Below are positions 26,580 through 38,443 of a stretch of 60,558 nt of DNA, one piece after another. The position numbers and the translations under genes are program-made. The stretch comes from Macrostomum lignano. Its lineage: Eukaryota. Every line of letters begins with the position of its first letter. Within the stretch, counting starts at the first letter, position 1. The stretch lies in NCBI GenBank assembly GCA_002269645.1, contig NIVC01004106.1:1-60558 (forward strand), read 5' to 3'. The notes beneath the pieces are model-generated. The model saw only the letters and a list, made by a program, of their open reading frames with translations. It was not told the origin of the DNA and ran no database searches.

Positions 26580-28673
26580 TCTCTCTCTACCTATAAAAAT
26601 CAAAACTCTGTCTGTCTGTCTGTCTGTCTGTCTGTGTGTGGACAATTTTGATCGCTATGGACTCCCAAACCGCTCAACCAAATTACACCAAACTTTACAC
26701 CCACCCTAAACTTACTACGGAGAATGTCTTAGGCTACCTTAAAATTTCCTAAATTTGAGTCTTCCCACCTAAAAGTGCAAAAAACTGCTCAAAATGCGCG
26801 ATTTTTTTCACTTAATCCTCCATAGCGCCGCTCCACTTCTACCGATTCTCTTCAAATTTGACACAGATAATCTTAATTTATTTTGGCACAATCGTGTAAA
26901 ATTTCGAGTTTCAAAGTTAATCCTGAGCGGTGCTGTGCACTTTTAAAGTTGTGCTGTTTTTTTCAGCGTAGCAACCACCCCAACCTCCGCCCGCCTGCCT
27001 CTCTTTCCCGATCTGGGCCCAGATGTGTAAAAGGATTTCAAAATTGACTAACTTTCAGCTGCCATAAGTTTGCTCCACGTAAAGCGATTGACTTTAAACT
27101 TGACACAATTCTTCATTGACTCATTCTCTATCTAAATGTAAAGTTTCAACTCTGTAACTCAACCGAAAAAGAAACTGTAAGCATGTGAAGTTTGTCTGCT
27201 TTTTCTGTTGTTTGTGCCACTCACTCACTCATTCCCCCAGAGCCAGACGAAGGGTCAGGCGATAGGACTGATTGTACATAGCAAATGTACAGTGTTTTGG
27301 AATAACTTTTTAATAGCCTTCTCTGTACCCCCGCGCGTGGAGAGGCTACGTTTAGCCATAACAGTTTAGTGAGAAATTCTAACCACTGCCCTCCCCTCTG
27401 TATTGGCAAACTCTGCAGCAGTTTAACAGTGGATGGCAATTGGCAATTGGCAAATCGATGGAATCGACTATCCAGCAGGGTTTGTAAAAGCGAAAGATTT
27501 ATGAAAAGGCGATGCGATGCAATGCAATACAACCCTACTAAATTAGGCACACCATGGAAATTTTAGGTTTCTTTTAAAGGTACTGTGTAAATACTAAATG
27601 GCCTTTTAAGAAATGCGTATTTCCTTGGTTGTTAGACTGATGCAGACTGCAGTGAAGTTGAAGATACACAAATTCCTTTCAGGGCTGCAACTGCAAATTG
27701 GCAAGAAAGATGACGGGATCTAAGCATGAGAACAACCATGAGAGTACTACGTCCCACAAACTGGCTTTCCAAGCAGGGATGGGCAGATTTTTACCTCAAA
27801 GGCCAGATAAAGAATCCAGCTCATAGCTGAGGGGCAGATAAAAGTGGAAAGAAGAAGGAATAGACGATTCGAAGAGAGGAGAGGCGAGAGGGGGGTAAGA
27901 GAAAACATGGAAGATAAGAGGAGAGACAAGTGGTGAGGAGAGAGCAGAGAAGAAGGGAGGTAGAAGCGAGAGGAGGGGAGAAAGGAGGGAGAGGAAAGAG
28001 TAAAGGTGAGAAGAGGGGAGAGATGAGACAGAGGATCGATGAGAGGAGAGTAGAGAAGAGTGAGAAGAGAGTAGAGATGAGAGAGCAGAAAGAAGATGAT
28101 AGAGGGTCAAGAGGAGAGGAGAGATTAGAGAGGAGAGAGTAGAAAGGATAGAGAAGAGAGGAGATAAGAGGGGGAGAGAGGAGTGAAAAGAGAAGAGATA
28201 GAGATAAGAGAGGGGTGTAAGAAGAGGGGAGAAAGGAGAGATGAGATTGTAGAGAAAAGACAGATTAAAGGAGAGATGAGAGAGTAAAGATGAGAGATGA
28301 AAAAGGAGAGAGGAGAGTGCAGAGAGACGAGAGAAGATAATAGAGGAGAGAGAGTATAGAAGAGGGAAGAGAAAAGAAGAGAGGAGTGAGGAAAGAGGAG
28401 TCAGAAGAGGTGAAAGAGAAGAGTACAGAGGAGATAAGTGAGAGAACGTATTAGAGAGTAAAGATGACAGATGAGAGAGCAGAGATGAGGGAGGGTGAAC
28501 AGACGAGAGATGGGAGAGTAGAGAGAACAGAGGAGAGATAAGAGAGAAGAGATTACAGAGACTAGAGGAGAGAGGAGAGACAGGGAGAGAGAAGAGGAAA
28601 TATGAGAATGAAGAGGGGAGAGAGTAGAGAGGAGAAGAGAGATGGGAGAGGAGAGATAAGAGAGAGAGAGAGG

Positions 28674-28728
<55 letters not shown>

Positions 28729-29485
28729 CAGAGCAGAGAGAAACGAGAAGAGATAAGAGAGAAAAGATAAAAGAATAGAAAGGAGAGATGAGAGAGTAGA
28801 GGAGAGAGTTAAGAGATGAGAGAAAAGAATAGAGAGGAGAAGGAAGAGACGAGAGAGAAGAGGGGGAGAGAGGAGAGAGGAGAGGAGGGTCAACGAGAAA
28901 CGAAAACGAAAACGAAAAAGTAGAGAGGAGGGAGGAGAGCAGAGAGAAAAGAAGAGGGAATTGAGATGAGATAAGAGATATGAAAGAGAAGAAAGATGAG
29001 GGAGGATACGAAAGAAGATGGGAGAGAGGAGAGAGGAGAGCAGAGAGAAAACAAAAAGTAGAAAGGAGAGAGGAGAGGAGAGAGAAAAGAATAGGGAAGA
29101 GATGAGGGAAGATATGAGAGAAGAGAGGAGAGAAGAGAGAGAGAGACGAGGGACAAGAGAGAAGAAAGGAAACAAAAGAGACGATAGAAATTTTAAAGGA
29201 TCCAAGGGACATAGGGAGAGTACATATTGGCCAGAGTTTGCCAATACATGTTTTAGAGTCAGACAGACATTGCCTAACATTCTGCGCAGTACCCCAGCCA
29301 ACAATATCAACGTTTGCCTCAAACCCTAATTTTACACGAATGTGCTCCATTTTATGTCTACCTCTATCCTACTAACTATTAACAAGTTTTTGTTTGTGTA
29401 TGGCCTTAGATTTCAGAATACGTGTAAAAGTAGTTCCGGGTATTGGAATTCCCCGGGTTCAAAATCCGCGGGTTTCAACAGCTTG
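26580..29485 (+). mobile_element. Non-autonomous Helitron family B, copy 1 (~2.9 kb)
   Basis: Splits the minisatellite unit gagccacca|tgtcgaac exactly between A and T with no TSD. Starts TCTCTCTCTACCTATAAAAATC, then (gtct)n and an AG-rich interior; ends cccgggttcaaaatccgcgggtttcaacagCTTG. Confidence 0.88.
27840..29180 (+). repeat. Purine-rich (AG) low-complexity tract; homologous tract at ~43540-45010
   Basis: Almost exclusively A/G, with pure (GA)n runs near 28665-28725 and 43910-43998. Confidence 0.95.
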
Positions 29486-31188
29486 TGTCGAACATAAAAG
29501 AGCCACCATGTCAATTATAAAAGAGCCACTATGTCGAACATAAAAGAGCCACCATGTCGAACATAAAAGAGCCACCATGTCAAACATTAAAGAGCCACCA
29601 TGTCAAACATAAAAGAGCCACCATTTCAAACATAAAAGAGCCACCATGTCGAACATTAAAGAGGCTCCATGTCTAACATTATAGAGCCACCATGTCCAAC
29701 ATTAAAGAGCCACCATTTCAAACATTAAAGAGCCAACATTACATTAAGGTGCCACCAGGTCAAACAATAAAGAGCCACCATGTCTAACATTAAAGAGCCA
29801 CCATGTCAAACATAAAAGAGCCACCATGTCAAACATAAAACAGCCACTATTTCAAACATTTAAAGAGCCACCATGTCAACCATAAAAGAGCCACAATGTC
29901 AAACATAAAAGAGCCATCATGTCAAACATTAAAGAGCCACCATGACAAACATTAAAGAGCCACCGTGTCAAGCATTAAAGAGCCACCATGTCAAACATAA
30001 AACAGCCACCATGTCAAACATAAAAGAGCCACCATGTAAAACATATATGTGACTCCATGTTAAACATTAAAGAGCCACCATGTCGAACATTAAAGAGCCA
30101 CCATGTCTAACATTATAGAGCCACCATGTCCAACATTAAAGAGCCACCATTTCAAACATTAAAGAGCCAACATTGCATTAAGGTGTCACCAGGTCAAACA
30201 ATAAAGAGCCACCATGTCTAACATTAAAGAGCCACCATGTCAAACATAAAAGAGTTACCATGTCAAACATAAAACAGCCACTATTTCAAACATTTAAAGA
30301 GCCACCATGTCAACCATAAAAGAGCCACAATGTCAAGCATAAAAGAGCCATCATGTCAAACATTAAAGAGCCACCATGTCAAACATAAAAGAGCCACCAT
30401 GTCAAACATATATGTGACTCCATGTCAAACAGTAAAGAGCCACCATGTCAAGCATAAAAGAGCCACCATGTCGAACATAAAAGAGCCATCATGTGAAACA
30501 TATACGTGACTCAATGTCAAACATTACAGAGCCACCATGTCAATCATTAAAGAGCCACCATGTCAAAAATTAAAGAGCCACCATGTCAAACATAAAACAG
30601 CCACCATGTCAAACATAAAAGAGCCACAGCCACCATGTCAAACATATATGTGACTCCATGTCAAACAGTAAAGAGCCACCATGCCAAGCATAAAAGAGCC
30701 ACCATGTCGAACATAAAAGAGCCACTATGTCAAACAATAAACAGACACCATGTCAGACAATAAAAAAACCCCGAATCAAACATTAAAGAGCCACCATGTC
30801 AAACATAAAATTTACACAATTTCAAACGTAAAAGTAAGCGTCTTGCTAATTTTAAAGGAGCCACTATAGAGCTAAGGAAATTGTAGCACTAGCTACTTAT
30901 TGTATGGTGGATGCTTACTATTTGGGGATGCTTGCTATCTGGGGGATGCTTGCTATCTGGGGGATGCTTGCTATATGGGGGATGCTTGCTATCTGGGGGA
31001 TGCTTGCAATCTGGGGGATGCTTGCCATCTGGGGGATGCTTGCTGTCTTGGGATGATTTCTTTTTGCATTACACTTTATTTGAGCAGTTTGTCTGTCGTC
31101 TTTGTGAAGGCTAGAGAGCTCTGAAGGTTACTTGTAGAGAACAGAGATTCTATCCAGATGTCCCCCAACGGGGGGCGAAGATTGCTAG

Positions 31189-32953
31189 TCCCATATACTA
31201 AAAATGAAATGTCTGTAGCTATGCGATAGATTTCAGAAAAATTGGCTCAACCGATTTTCTTCAAACTTGCACCATTCGAGCAGAAATTTTCCTGGCACGG
31301 TACATGCATCTTGGCTAAGAAATTGCTCAATGTTAAAGGGATTAAATATTCGAAAAACATGCTTTTTTGCAAAGGTCAAGCCAAATTTTCCACTTTGAAA
31401 TGCATTGTAAGAATGCTAGAGAAAAAACTGACTGACTGAATTCCGATTGTGATAAAGATTGCATCACAACAAGTTGAAAACAGTGCCGAAGAAATGCACA
31501 CACGACTTGATTTAAATTGCGTAACCATATTGCTAACTTAAATTGAGACTGATACTGGCTGACTGAGAAATTGATTATGTCATAACTTTTTACTCCAATT
31601 GACTTGCTGTAAGAATTGAATTATAAGGGCCACAATTCATGTTCTCCAATTGAAAAGAGATAGCCCTGATGCGAACAGACTGGAATGCTAATGTAGCGAC
31701 CTGGGTTCGAATCTTAGTAGTGCAAAAATATATTTTTTATTAAAACACCTTAAAAACACAACAAAACTGCTAAACATCAAAGAAGCGCAATGTCAAACAT
31801 AGAAGAGCCAACATATCGAACATAAAATAGTTACCATATCAAACATAGAAGAGCCACCATGTCGAACATTAAAGAGCCACCATGTCAAACAATAAAAAGC
31901 CACCATGTCGAACATTAAAGAGCCACCATGTCAAACATAAAAGAGCCACCATGTAGAATATTAAAGAGCCACCATGTCAAACTTTAAGAGCCACCATGTC
32001 GAACATTAAAGAGCCACCATGTCAAACATTTAAGAGCCACCATGTCAAATATATATGTGACTTTATGTCAAACATTAAAGAGCCACCATGTCGAACATTA
32101 AAGTGCCACCATGTGTAACATAAAAGAGCTATATCATGAAGAAAATCAAAGAGCCACCATGTTAAAAATTAAAGAGCCACCATGTGAAACATTAAAAAGC
32201 CACCATGTCGAACATTAAAGAGCCACCATGTCAAACATAAAAGAGCCACCATGTAGAATATTAAAGAGCCACCATGTCAAACTTTAAGAGCCACCATGTC
32301 GAACATTAAAGAGCCACCATGTCAAACATTTAAGAGCCACCATGTCAAATATATATGTGACTTTATGTCAAACATTAAAGAGCCACCATGTCGAACATTA
32401 AAGTGCCACCATGTGTAACATAAAAGAGCTATATCATAAAGAACATCAAAGAGCCACCATGTTAAAAATTAAAGAGCCACCATGTGAAACATTAAAAAGA
32501 GCCACCATGTCAAACATTTAAGAGCTACCATTTCGAACACTAAAAAGCCACCATGTCAAACAATTAAGAGCCACCATGTCAAACATTAAAGAGCCACTTT
32601 GTCGAACATTAAAGAGCCACCATGTAGAATATTAAAGAGCCCCCATGAAGAACATTAAAGAGCCACCATGTCAAACATTTAGAAGCCACCATGCCAAAGA
32701 TTTAAGAGCCACCATGTCAAACATAAAAGAGCCACCATGTCAAACATTAAAGAGCCACCATGTCAAACATATATGTGACTTTATGTCAAACATATATGTG
32801 ACTTTATCTCAAACATTAAAGAGCCACCATTTCGAACATTAAAGAGCCACCATGTCGAACATTAAAGAGCCACCATGTAAAACATTAAAGAGCCACATTT
32901 TCAAACATAAAAGAGCCATTATGTCGTACATTAAAGAGCCACCATGTAAAACA
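31189..32953 (+). mobile_element. Non-autonomous Helitron family A, copy 5 (3' end not found)
   Basis: CTAG|TCCCATATACTAAAAATG junction; shared core; 22-bp array that ends abruptly at GC-rich sequence. Confidence 0.75.
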
Positions 32954-33811
32954 TCAGCTGCAGCGACCGAGGCCAGCGACATTGCAGCTGCAGGCCCGAC
33001 CGGGGCCGCCGGCGGCGGCAGTTCAGCTGCAGCGACCGAGGCCAGCGACATTGCAGCTGCAGGCCCGACCGGGGCCGCCGGCGGCGGCAGTTCAGCTGCA
33101 GCGACCGAGGCCAGCGACATTGCAGCTGCAGGCCCGACCGGGGCCGCCGGCGGCGGCAGTTCAGCTGCAGCGACCGAGGCCAGCGACATTGCAGCTGCAG
33201 GCCCGACCGGGGCCGCCGGCGGCGGCAGTTCAGCTGCAGCGACCGAGACCAGCGACAGTGCAGCTGCGGCCCCGGCCGAGGCCAGCTGCGGCGGCAGTTC
33301 AGTTGCAGCCCCGGCCAAGTCGAGCAGACGCAAACGTGTAGCAGCCCCGACTAAAAAGTCGAGCGACAGTGCGGCTGCATCCAGGACTACTGAGTCGTCC
33401 AGCGCCTGTGCAGCTGTGGCCCCGACCGAGGCCGCCGGCGGCGGCAGTTCAGCTGCAGCGACTGAGGCCAGCGGCAGTGTAGCTGCAGCCCCGACCACGT
33501 CGAGCAGACGCCAGCGTCGAGGAGCCCCGACTGAGTCGTCGAGCGGCAGTGCAGCTGCGGGTGCAGCTGTGGCCCCGACCGAGGCCGGCGGCGGCGGCAG
33601 TTCAGCTGCAGCGACTGAGGCCAGCGGCAGTGTAGCTGCAGCCCCGACCACGTCGAGCAGACGCCAGCGTCGAGGAGCCCCGACTGAGTCGTCGAGCGGC
33701 AGTGCAGCTGCGGGTGCGGCCCCGACTGAGTCGTCGAGCGACTGTGCAGCTGCGGGAGCGGCCCCGACCAAGTCGAGCAGAGGGAAGCGTCGAGCAGCCC
33801 CGTCCAGCTGT
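32954..33811. repeat. GC-rich coding-like repeat block (4 x 63 bp, then duplicated longer units); possible exon
   Basis: Sharp GC jump; open frames on both strands; minus-strand acceptor-like ttttttttcag / gacag near 33805-33815. Confidence 0.6.
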
Positions 33812-34160
33812 CAACTGAAAAAAAAGTGAACAAAAGAAAGCGTCGGTGACTGTGTGACAAGCTGTGAATAAGACAGACCCGGCTTTCATTTTATTTTTTT
33901 TACAATTGTATTTGATTTACGGCGTTTCCTGACTTATTTTGTAAAAAGGCTTTTGGACTTTGTGGGACATATAAAAAAATCTTCCGTTAAAATATAAATA
34001 TAAATTTATGTTGTTTTTGTAAATTTGCATGTGTGTGTGACCGTTTCATTAAAAATCGAGTTAGTATCAATCAATTCTTCCAAAAGTTTCGATCGCACCC
34101 AATGTAATTGGCGAATTAATTGTACGTCGTACATGTACATGGTGGCCGGTGTACAGGTGA

Positions 34161-35666
34161 GGTGAGTCTGGTCATGCGACTTGGTCATTAGAGCAACTGT
34201 GCATTTATGAAATACCGGTCCATTTATGAAGTCTTGATCCAAGACTGCGGAACTCGCACCCGCGTATGAGCCTCGCACAGTGCCTGTACTGGCTTGTACT
34301 ATGATAGTTTAGGCGGAGTACAATGGTCGCTCATCGCGCTCAGGGGCCTAGGTGAGTCTGGTCATGCGACTTGGTCATTAGAGCAACTGTGCATTTATGA
34401 AGTACTGGCGACTTGATCCAAGACTGCGGAACTCGCACCCGCGTATGAGCCTCGCACAGTGCCTGTACTGGCTTGTACTATGATAGTTTAGGCGGAGTAC
34501 AATGGTCGCTCATCGCACTCAGGGGCCTAGGTGAGTCTGGTCATGCGACTTGGTCATTAGAGCAACTTTGCATTTATGAAGTACTGGCGACTTGATCCAA
34601 GACTGCGGAACTCGCACCCGCGTATGAGCCTCGCACAGTGCCTGTACTGGCTTGTACTATGATAGTTTAGGCGGAGTACAATGGTCGCTCATCGCGCTCA
34701 GGGGGGCCTAGGTGAGCCAGGTCATGCGACTTGGTCATTAGAGCAACTGTGCATTTATGAAGTACTGGCGACTTGATCCAAGACTGCGGAACTCGCACCC
34801 GCGTATGAGCCTCGCACAGTGCCTGTACTGGCTTGTACTATGATAGTTTAGGCGGAGTACAATGGTCGCTCATCGCGCTCAGGGGCCTAGGCGAGTCTGG
34901 TCATGCGACTTGGTCATTAGAGCAACTGTGCATTTATGAAGTACTGGCGACTTGATCCAAGACTGCGGAACTCGCACCCGCGTATGAGCCTCGCACAGTG
35001 CCTGTACTGGCTTGTACTATGATAGTTTAGGCGGAGTACAATGGTCGCTTATCGCGCTCAGGGGGGCCTAGGTGAGTCTGGTCATGCGACTTGGTCATTA
35101 GAGCAACTGTGCATTTATGAAATACCGGTCCATTTATGAAGTCTTGATCCAAGACTGCGGAACTCGCACCCGCGTATGAGCCTCGCACAGTGCCTGTACT
35201 GGCTTGTACTATGATAGTTTAGGCGGAGTACAATGGTCGCTCATCGCGCTCAGGGGCCTAGGTGAGTCTGGTCATGCGACTTGGTCATTAGAGCAACTGT
35301 GCATTTATGAAGTACTGGCGACTTGATCCAAGACTGCGGAACTCGCACCCGCGTATGAGCCTCGCACAGTGCCTGTACTGGCTTGTACTATGATAGTTTA
35401 GGCGGAGTACAATGGTCGCTCATCGCGCTCAGGGGGGCCTAGGTGAGCCAGGTCATGCGACTTGGTCATTAGAGCAACTGTGCATTTATGAAGTACTGGC
35501 GACTTGATCCAAGACTGCGGAACTCGCACCCGCGTATGAGCCTCGCACAGTGCCTGTACTGGCTTGTACTATGATAGTTTAGGCGGAGTACAATGGTCGC
35601 TCATCGCGCTCAGGGGCCTAGGCGAGTCTGGTCATGCGACTTGGTCATTAGAGCAACTGTGCATTT
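34161..35666 (+). repeat. Complex satellite, ~8.4 units of 179-190 bp
   Basis: Unit starts at 34161, 34351, 34530, 34711, 34890, 35071, 35261, 35442 and 35621; units are near-identical. Confidence 0.95.
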
Positions 35667-36952
35667 AATTTCTTTGTTCTTTTGATATTGGCCTAAAATA
35701 TTGTAGGGCCTATGGCTAGATAGTACTATTTAGAAAACAGTCAAAATTAGTCAAAAATTGAATAAAATTTCTAGTACGTAGATATCCAAGAGCTTTTTAT
35801 ATCTATTCCTACAATATTTCAATATTATAAAGCTACAAAAAATGTTTAATTTGTGAAGTTCATTAAAAGTTAACTGATTATCATTAAGCTTTATTCCAAT
35901 AATATTGATATATACCATATAGAAATTTTGATTTTTTTGTTACAAAAATACTATAAATAATATATTGTTTGCTTTCCATCTTTTCAGCCAACATGGTCAC
36001 GGGCCATCCAAGTGATTTACAATTCGTTACCAGAGGCAATGAAACAATCATCCCAATTGTTTTTCTGTTATTGCATTTCTAGTTATTGTGTATTGCTATT
36101 TTTGTTTTATTGCAATGAAAACTATTATTTTAATTTATTTTAATGTATTGTTTTTATTTTATTTTGGTGATTTTATTGCTGTCTTTTAATTCAATAAAAA
36201 CTGTTGTATTATCCTAATATATGGTTTTTCTTCTGAATGCTGCATTCTGTTATTGTGTAATGTGTATTGTAATTTATGTTTAAATTCAATCAAAACTTAA
36301 TTTTAATGTATTGTCTGTCTTCTGAATGCTGAATTTTAGTTCTTGTGTATTTGGCTACTATTTTTGTTTCATAAAATGAATATTATTAAAACTATTGTGT
36401 TATCCTAATGTATAGTTTTCTTCATATTTAACATTAACATTCTACTGAATATTACACTATAGAATCAAATGTGCTGTAAAGAATTATTTGCAATTAAAAA
36501 ACGTTTTTACTTTAGAAGAAAAATTAAGTCAGTCGAAGTCTGTCTTAAGAGTATAGAAAATAAATAGTGCCAATGGTTGATTCTAAGTTATACATTAAAG
36601 TAGTGCCTGAAGTATTATTGTGGTGGTACTTTGTATGTTGCAGGTCTTGTTCTGAAATTTGAACTATAGTTCTTTGGGGTATATTTTTTTAAAACTCAAA
36701 TGTGCCTTAACGAGTAGTATATACAGCCAGAATTAACAATCATACATGTCCATCCATGTGTGGAAAGTAATACATCGATGATCATGTATGGCTATTCCGC
36801 CATCCATGGAATGAGCATGAAACCATCTATGAACATGGATCGGTCCATAGATGATCAGGGATGATGCATGGATGGGCGCATGCATGGATCATGCATGATC
36901 TGGCCATGATTCCGGCCCTGGGAATCAGAAACCAGTTAAGAAAACTGTAATA

Positions 36953-37783
36953 ATGGAAGATCTTGATGCGATTGCATTCGACGAATTACTGGCAACTTTT
37001 ACTGTAGAATTAGGCCAGAATGAAGAGGCAGTGAATGCCAAGAACTTAGGAGATCAAAAGGCAGTGAATGCCCAGAACTTAGGAGATCAAAAGGCAGTGA
37101 ATGCCCAGAACTTAGGAGATCAAAAGGCAGTGAATGCCCAGAACTTAGGAGATCAAAAGGCAGTGAATGCCCAGAACTTAGGAAATCAAGAGGCAGTGAA
37201 TGCTCAGAATTTAGGAAACCAAGAGGCAGTGAATGCCCAAGGTTCAAAAGAAAAGGCGAGGAACGCCCAGAGTGCAGAAAGTTTGGCAAGCAACAGAGAG
37301 TACAAGCAAGAGCCGAGTGAGGCCTTAACCAAGTCAAAGGAAGAATCGCGAAAGCTTCCACAACTCAAGTCTGTAATCATAAGGCCAGTGCCGCACGAGC
37401 CTGGCGCCCGTGCTAGTCTGCTTCGAGCAGCCGCCACCACGCCTGTGGTGGTTAGCCCGGCTTTAATGAAACGCCAGCCCGAGGGCGCAGCGCCAACAAA
37501 GTACATGGCTGCCAAACGACAGCGCACTATAGCGCCAAGGCCAGAACCGACTATTCAACAACTACGGCAACCATCGAAACAAGCCGCAGTATGGCAGCAG
37601 CCGCCGCCACCGGCCCGGCAGCAGGCCGCCGCATGGCAGCAGCCGCCGCCGCCGCCGGCCCGGCAGCAGGCCGCCGCATGGCTGCAGCCGCCAAACACAT
37701 ACCAACAAGAAGACTTTGAAGATCCGGCCGACCTGCGCGACGAATTATTACGCGGCAGACCGTCTCGCAGCATCCCCAGATGA
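36953..37783 (+). CDS. Hypothetical protein with 11-aa repeats (AVNAQNLGDQK) and a Q/P-rich tail
   Basis: ATG-initiated 276-aa ORF; GC-rich against AT-rich flanks; in-frame 33-bp repeats; no family recognised. Confidence 0.5.
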   Translation: MEDLDAIAFDELLATFTVELGQNEEAVNAKNLGDQKAVNAQNLGDQKAVNAQNLGDQKAVNAQNLGDQKAVNAQNLGNQEAVNAQNLGNQEAVNAQGSKEKARNAQSAESLASNREYKQEPSEALTKSKEESRKLPQLKSVIIRPVPHEPGARASLLRAAATTPVVVSPALMKRQPEGAAPTKYMAAKRQRTIAPRPEPTIQQLRQPSKQAAVWQQPPPPARQQAAAWQQPPPPPARQQAAAWLQPPNTYQQEDFEDPADLRDELLRGRPSRSIPR

Positions 37784-38148
37784 TGCCGGGGGCCAATTCT
37801 TCGGCCATACTGGACACTATTCCGCAAACCAGGCGGGAGTACTATAAACAATGTATTGGACAGATTAAGGGCTACCCAGTGAGAGTGGCTTTACTCCGGG
37901 TGGATGGCCGAGGCTTTCTGCCTCAGGCCGAGGAGCCCCGAGAAGTTATTCGAGTTATGAAGCTTAGCTTCAATTACGAACAATGCATTGCGGCCTGGCG
38001 AATGGCCGTGTGGTATGCTCTGCAGAGCATTCACCAGTCCGGATGGGCCTACTACAAGGCCCAGGTTCGTCACGAAATCTGCTGGATGGCCGACGACCTG
38101 GGCTGGCCGGTAAAGGACCGTTTACCTAATGAATTTGCCATGAATTAA
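37780..38148 (+). CDS. Hypothetical protein, 122 aa, overlapping the previous stop (ATGA); may be a frameshifted continuation
   Basis: Protein-like composition with several W and Y; no family recognised. Confidence 0.45.
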   Translation: MMPGANSSAILDTIPQTRREYYKQCIGQIKGYPVRVALLRVDGRGFLPQAEEPREVIRVMKLSFNYEQCIAAWRMAVWYALQSIHQSGWAYYKAQVRHEICWMADDLGWPVKDRLPNEFAMN

Positions 38149-38443
38149 GACTATAATATGAAAAGACATTACTTACTTTACATACCTATACTTTTGCTTA
38201 CTTGCTCACAACTGCTAATATCGCTTATATGTACTTTTGCTTACTTGCTCACAACTGTTATACTCATATTGCTTAAATGTATACCTGTATATTACTTATG
38301 CCCAAATTGCTTATATGCGTTTAATACTCTGCTCATTTTGTATATGGTTGTTTTATGTGTGCGACATTAACTACTTTTAAGTAATATTGTATGATAAAAA
38401 TTTTCACGTAATACTGTATTCAAAATTTTAGTTAAGGGAAGCC

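Larger units (their letters stand above)
24984..31188 (+). mobile_element. Non-autonomous Helitron family A, copy 4 (interrupted by a family B copy)
   Basis: CTAG|TCCTATATAC junction; shared core; same hairpin and CTAG end as copy 3. Confidence 0.85.
21860..32953 (+). repeat. 22-bp minisatellite family (aaagagccaccatgtcaaacat) in five blocks: ~21860-22410, 23100-24400, 25590-26579, 29486-30810, 31790-32953
   Basis: Same unit in every block; the blocks are internal repeats of family A copies 3-5. Confidence 0.92.

Noticed and set aside
27796-29350. 508-aa and related S/L-rich ORFs (also 43439-45110) as membrane proteins
   Set aside because: They arise from the AG/CT low-complexity tract, which lacks stop codons by composition.
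34161-35666. Hammerhead ribozyme, 5S rRNA or snRNA tandem genes
   Set aside because: No CUGANGA/GAAA core on either strand and no recognisable 5S or snRNA sequence.
36730-36915. CATG-rich stretch as a His/Met-rich exon
   Set aside because: Stops occur in the frames I read, and no consistent splice pair was found.
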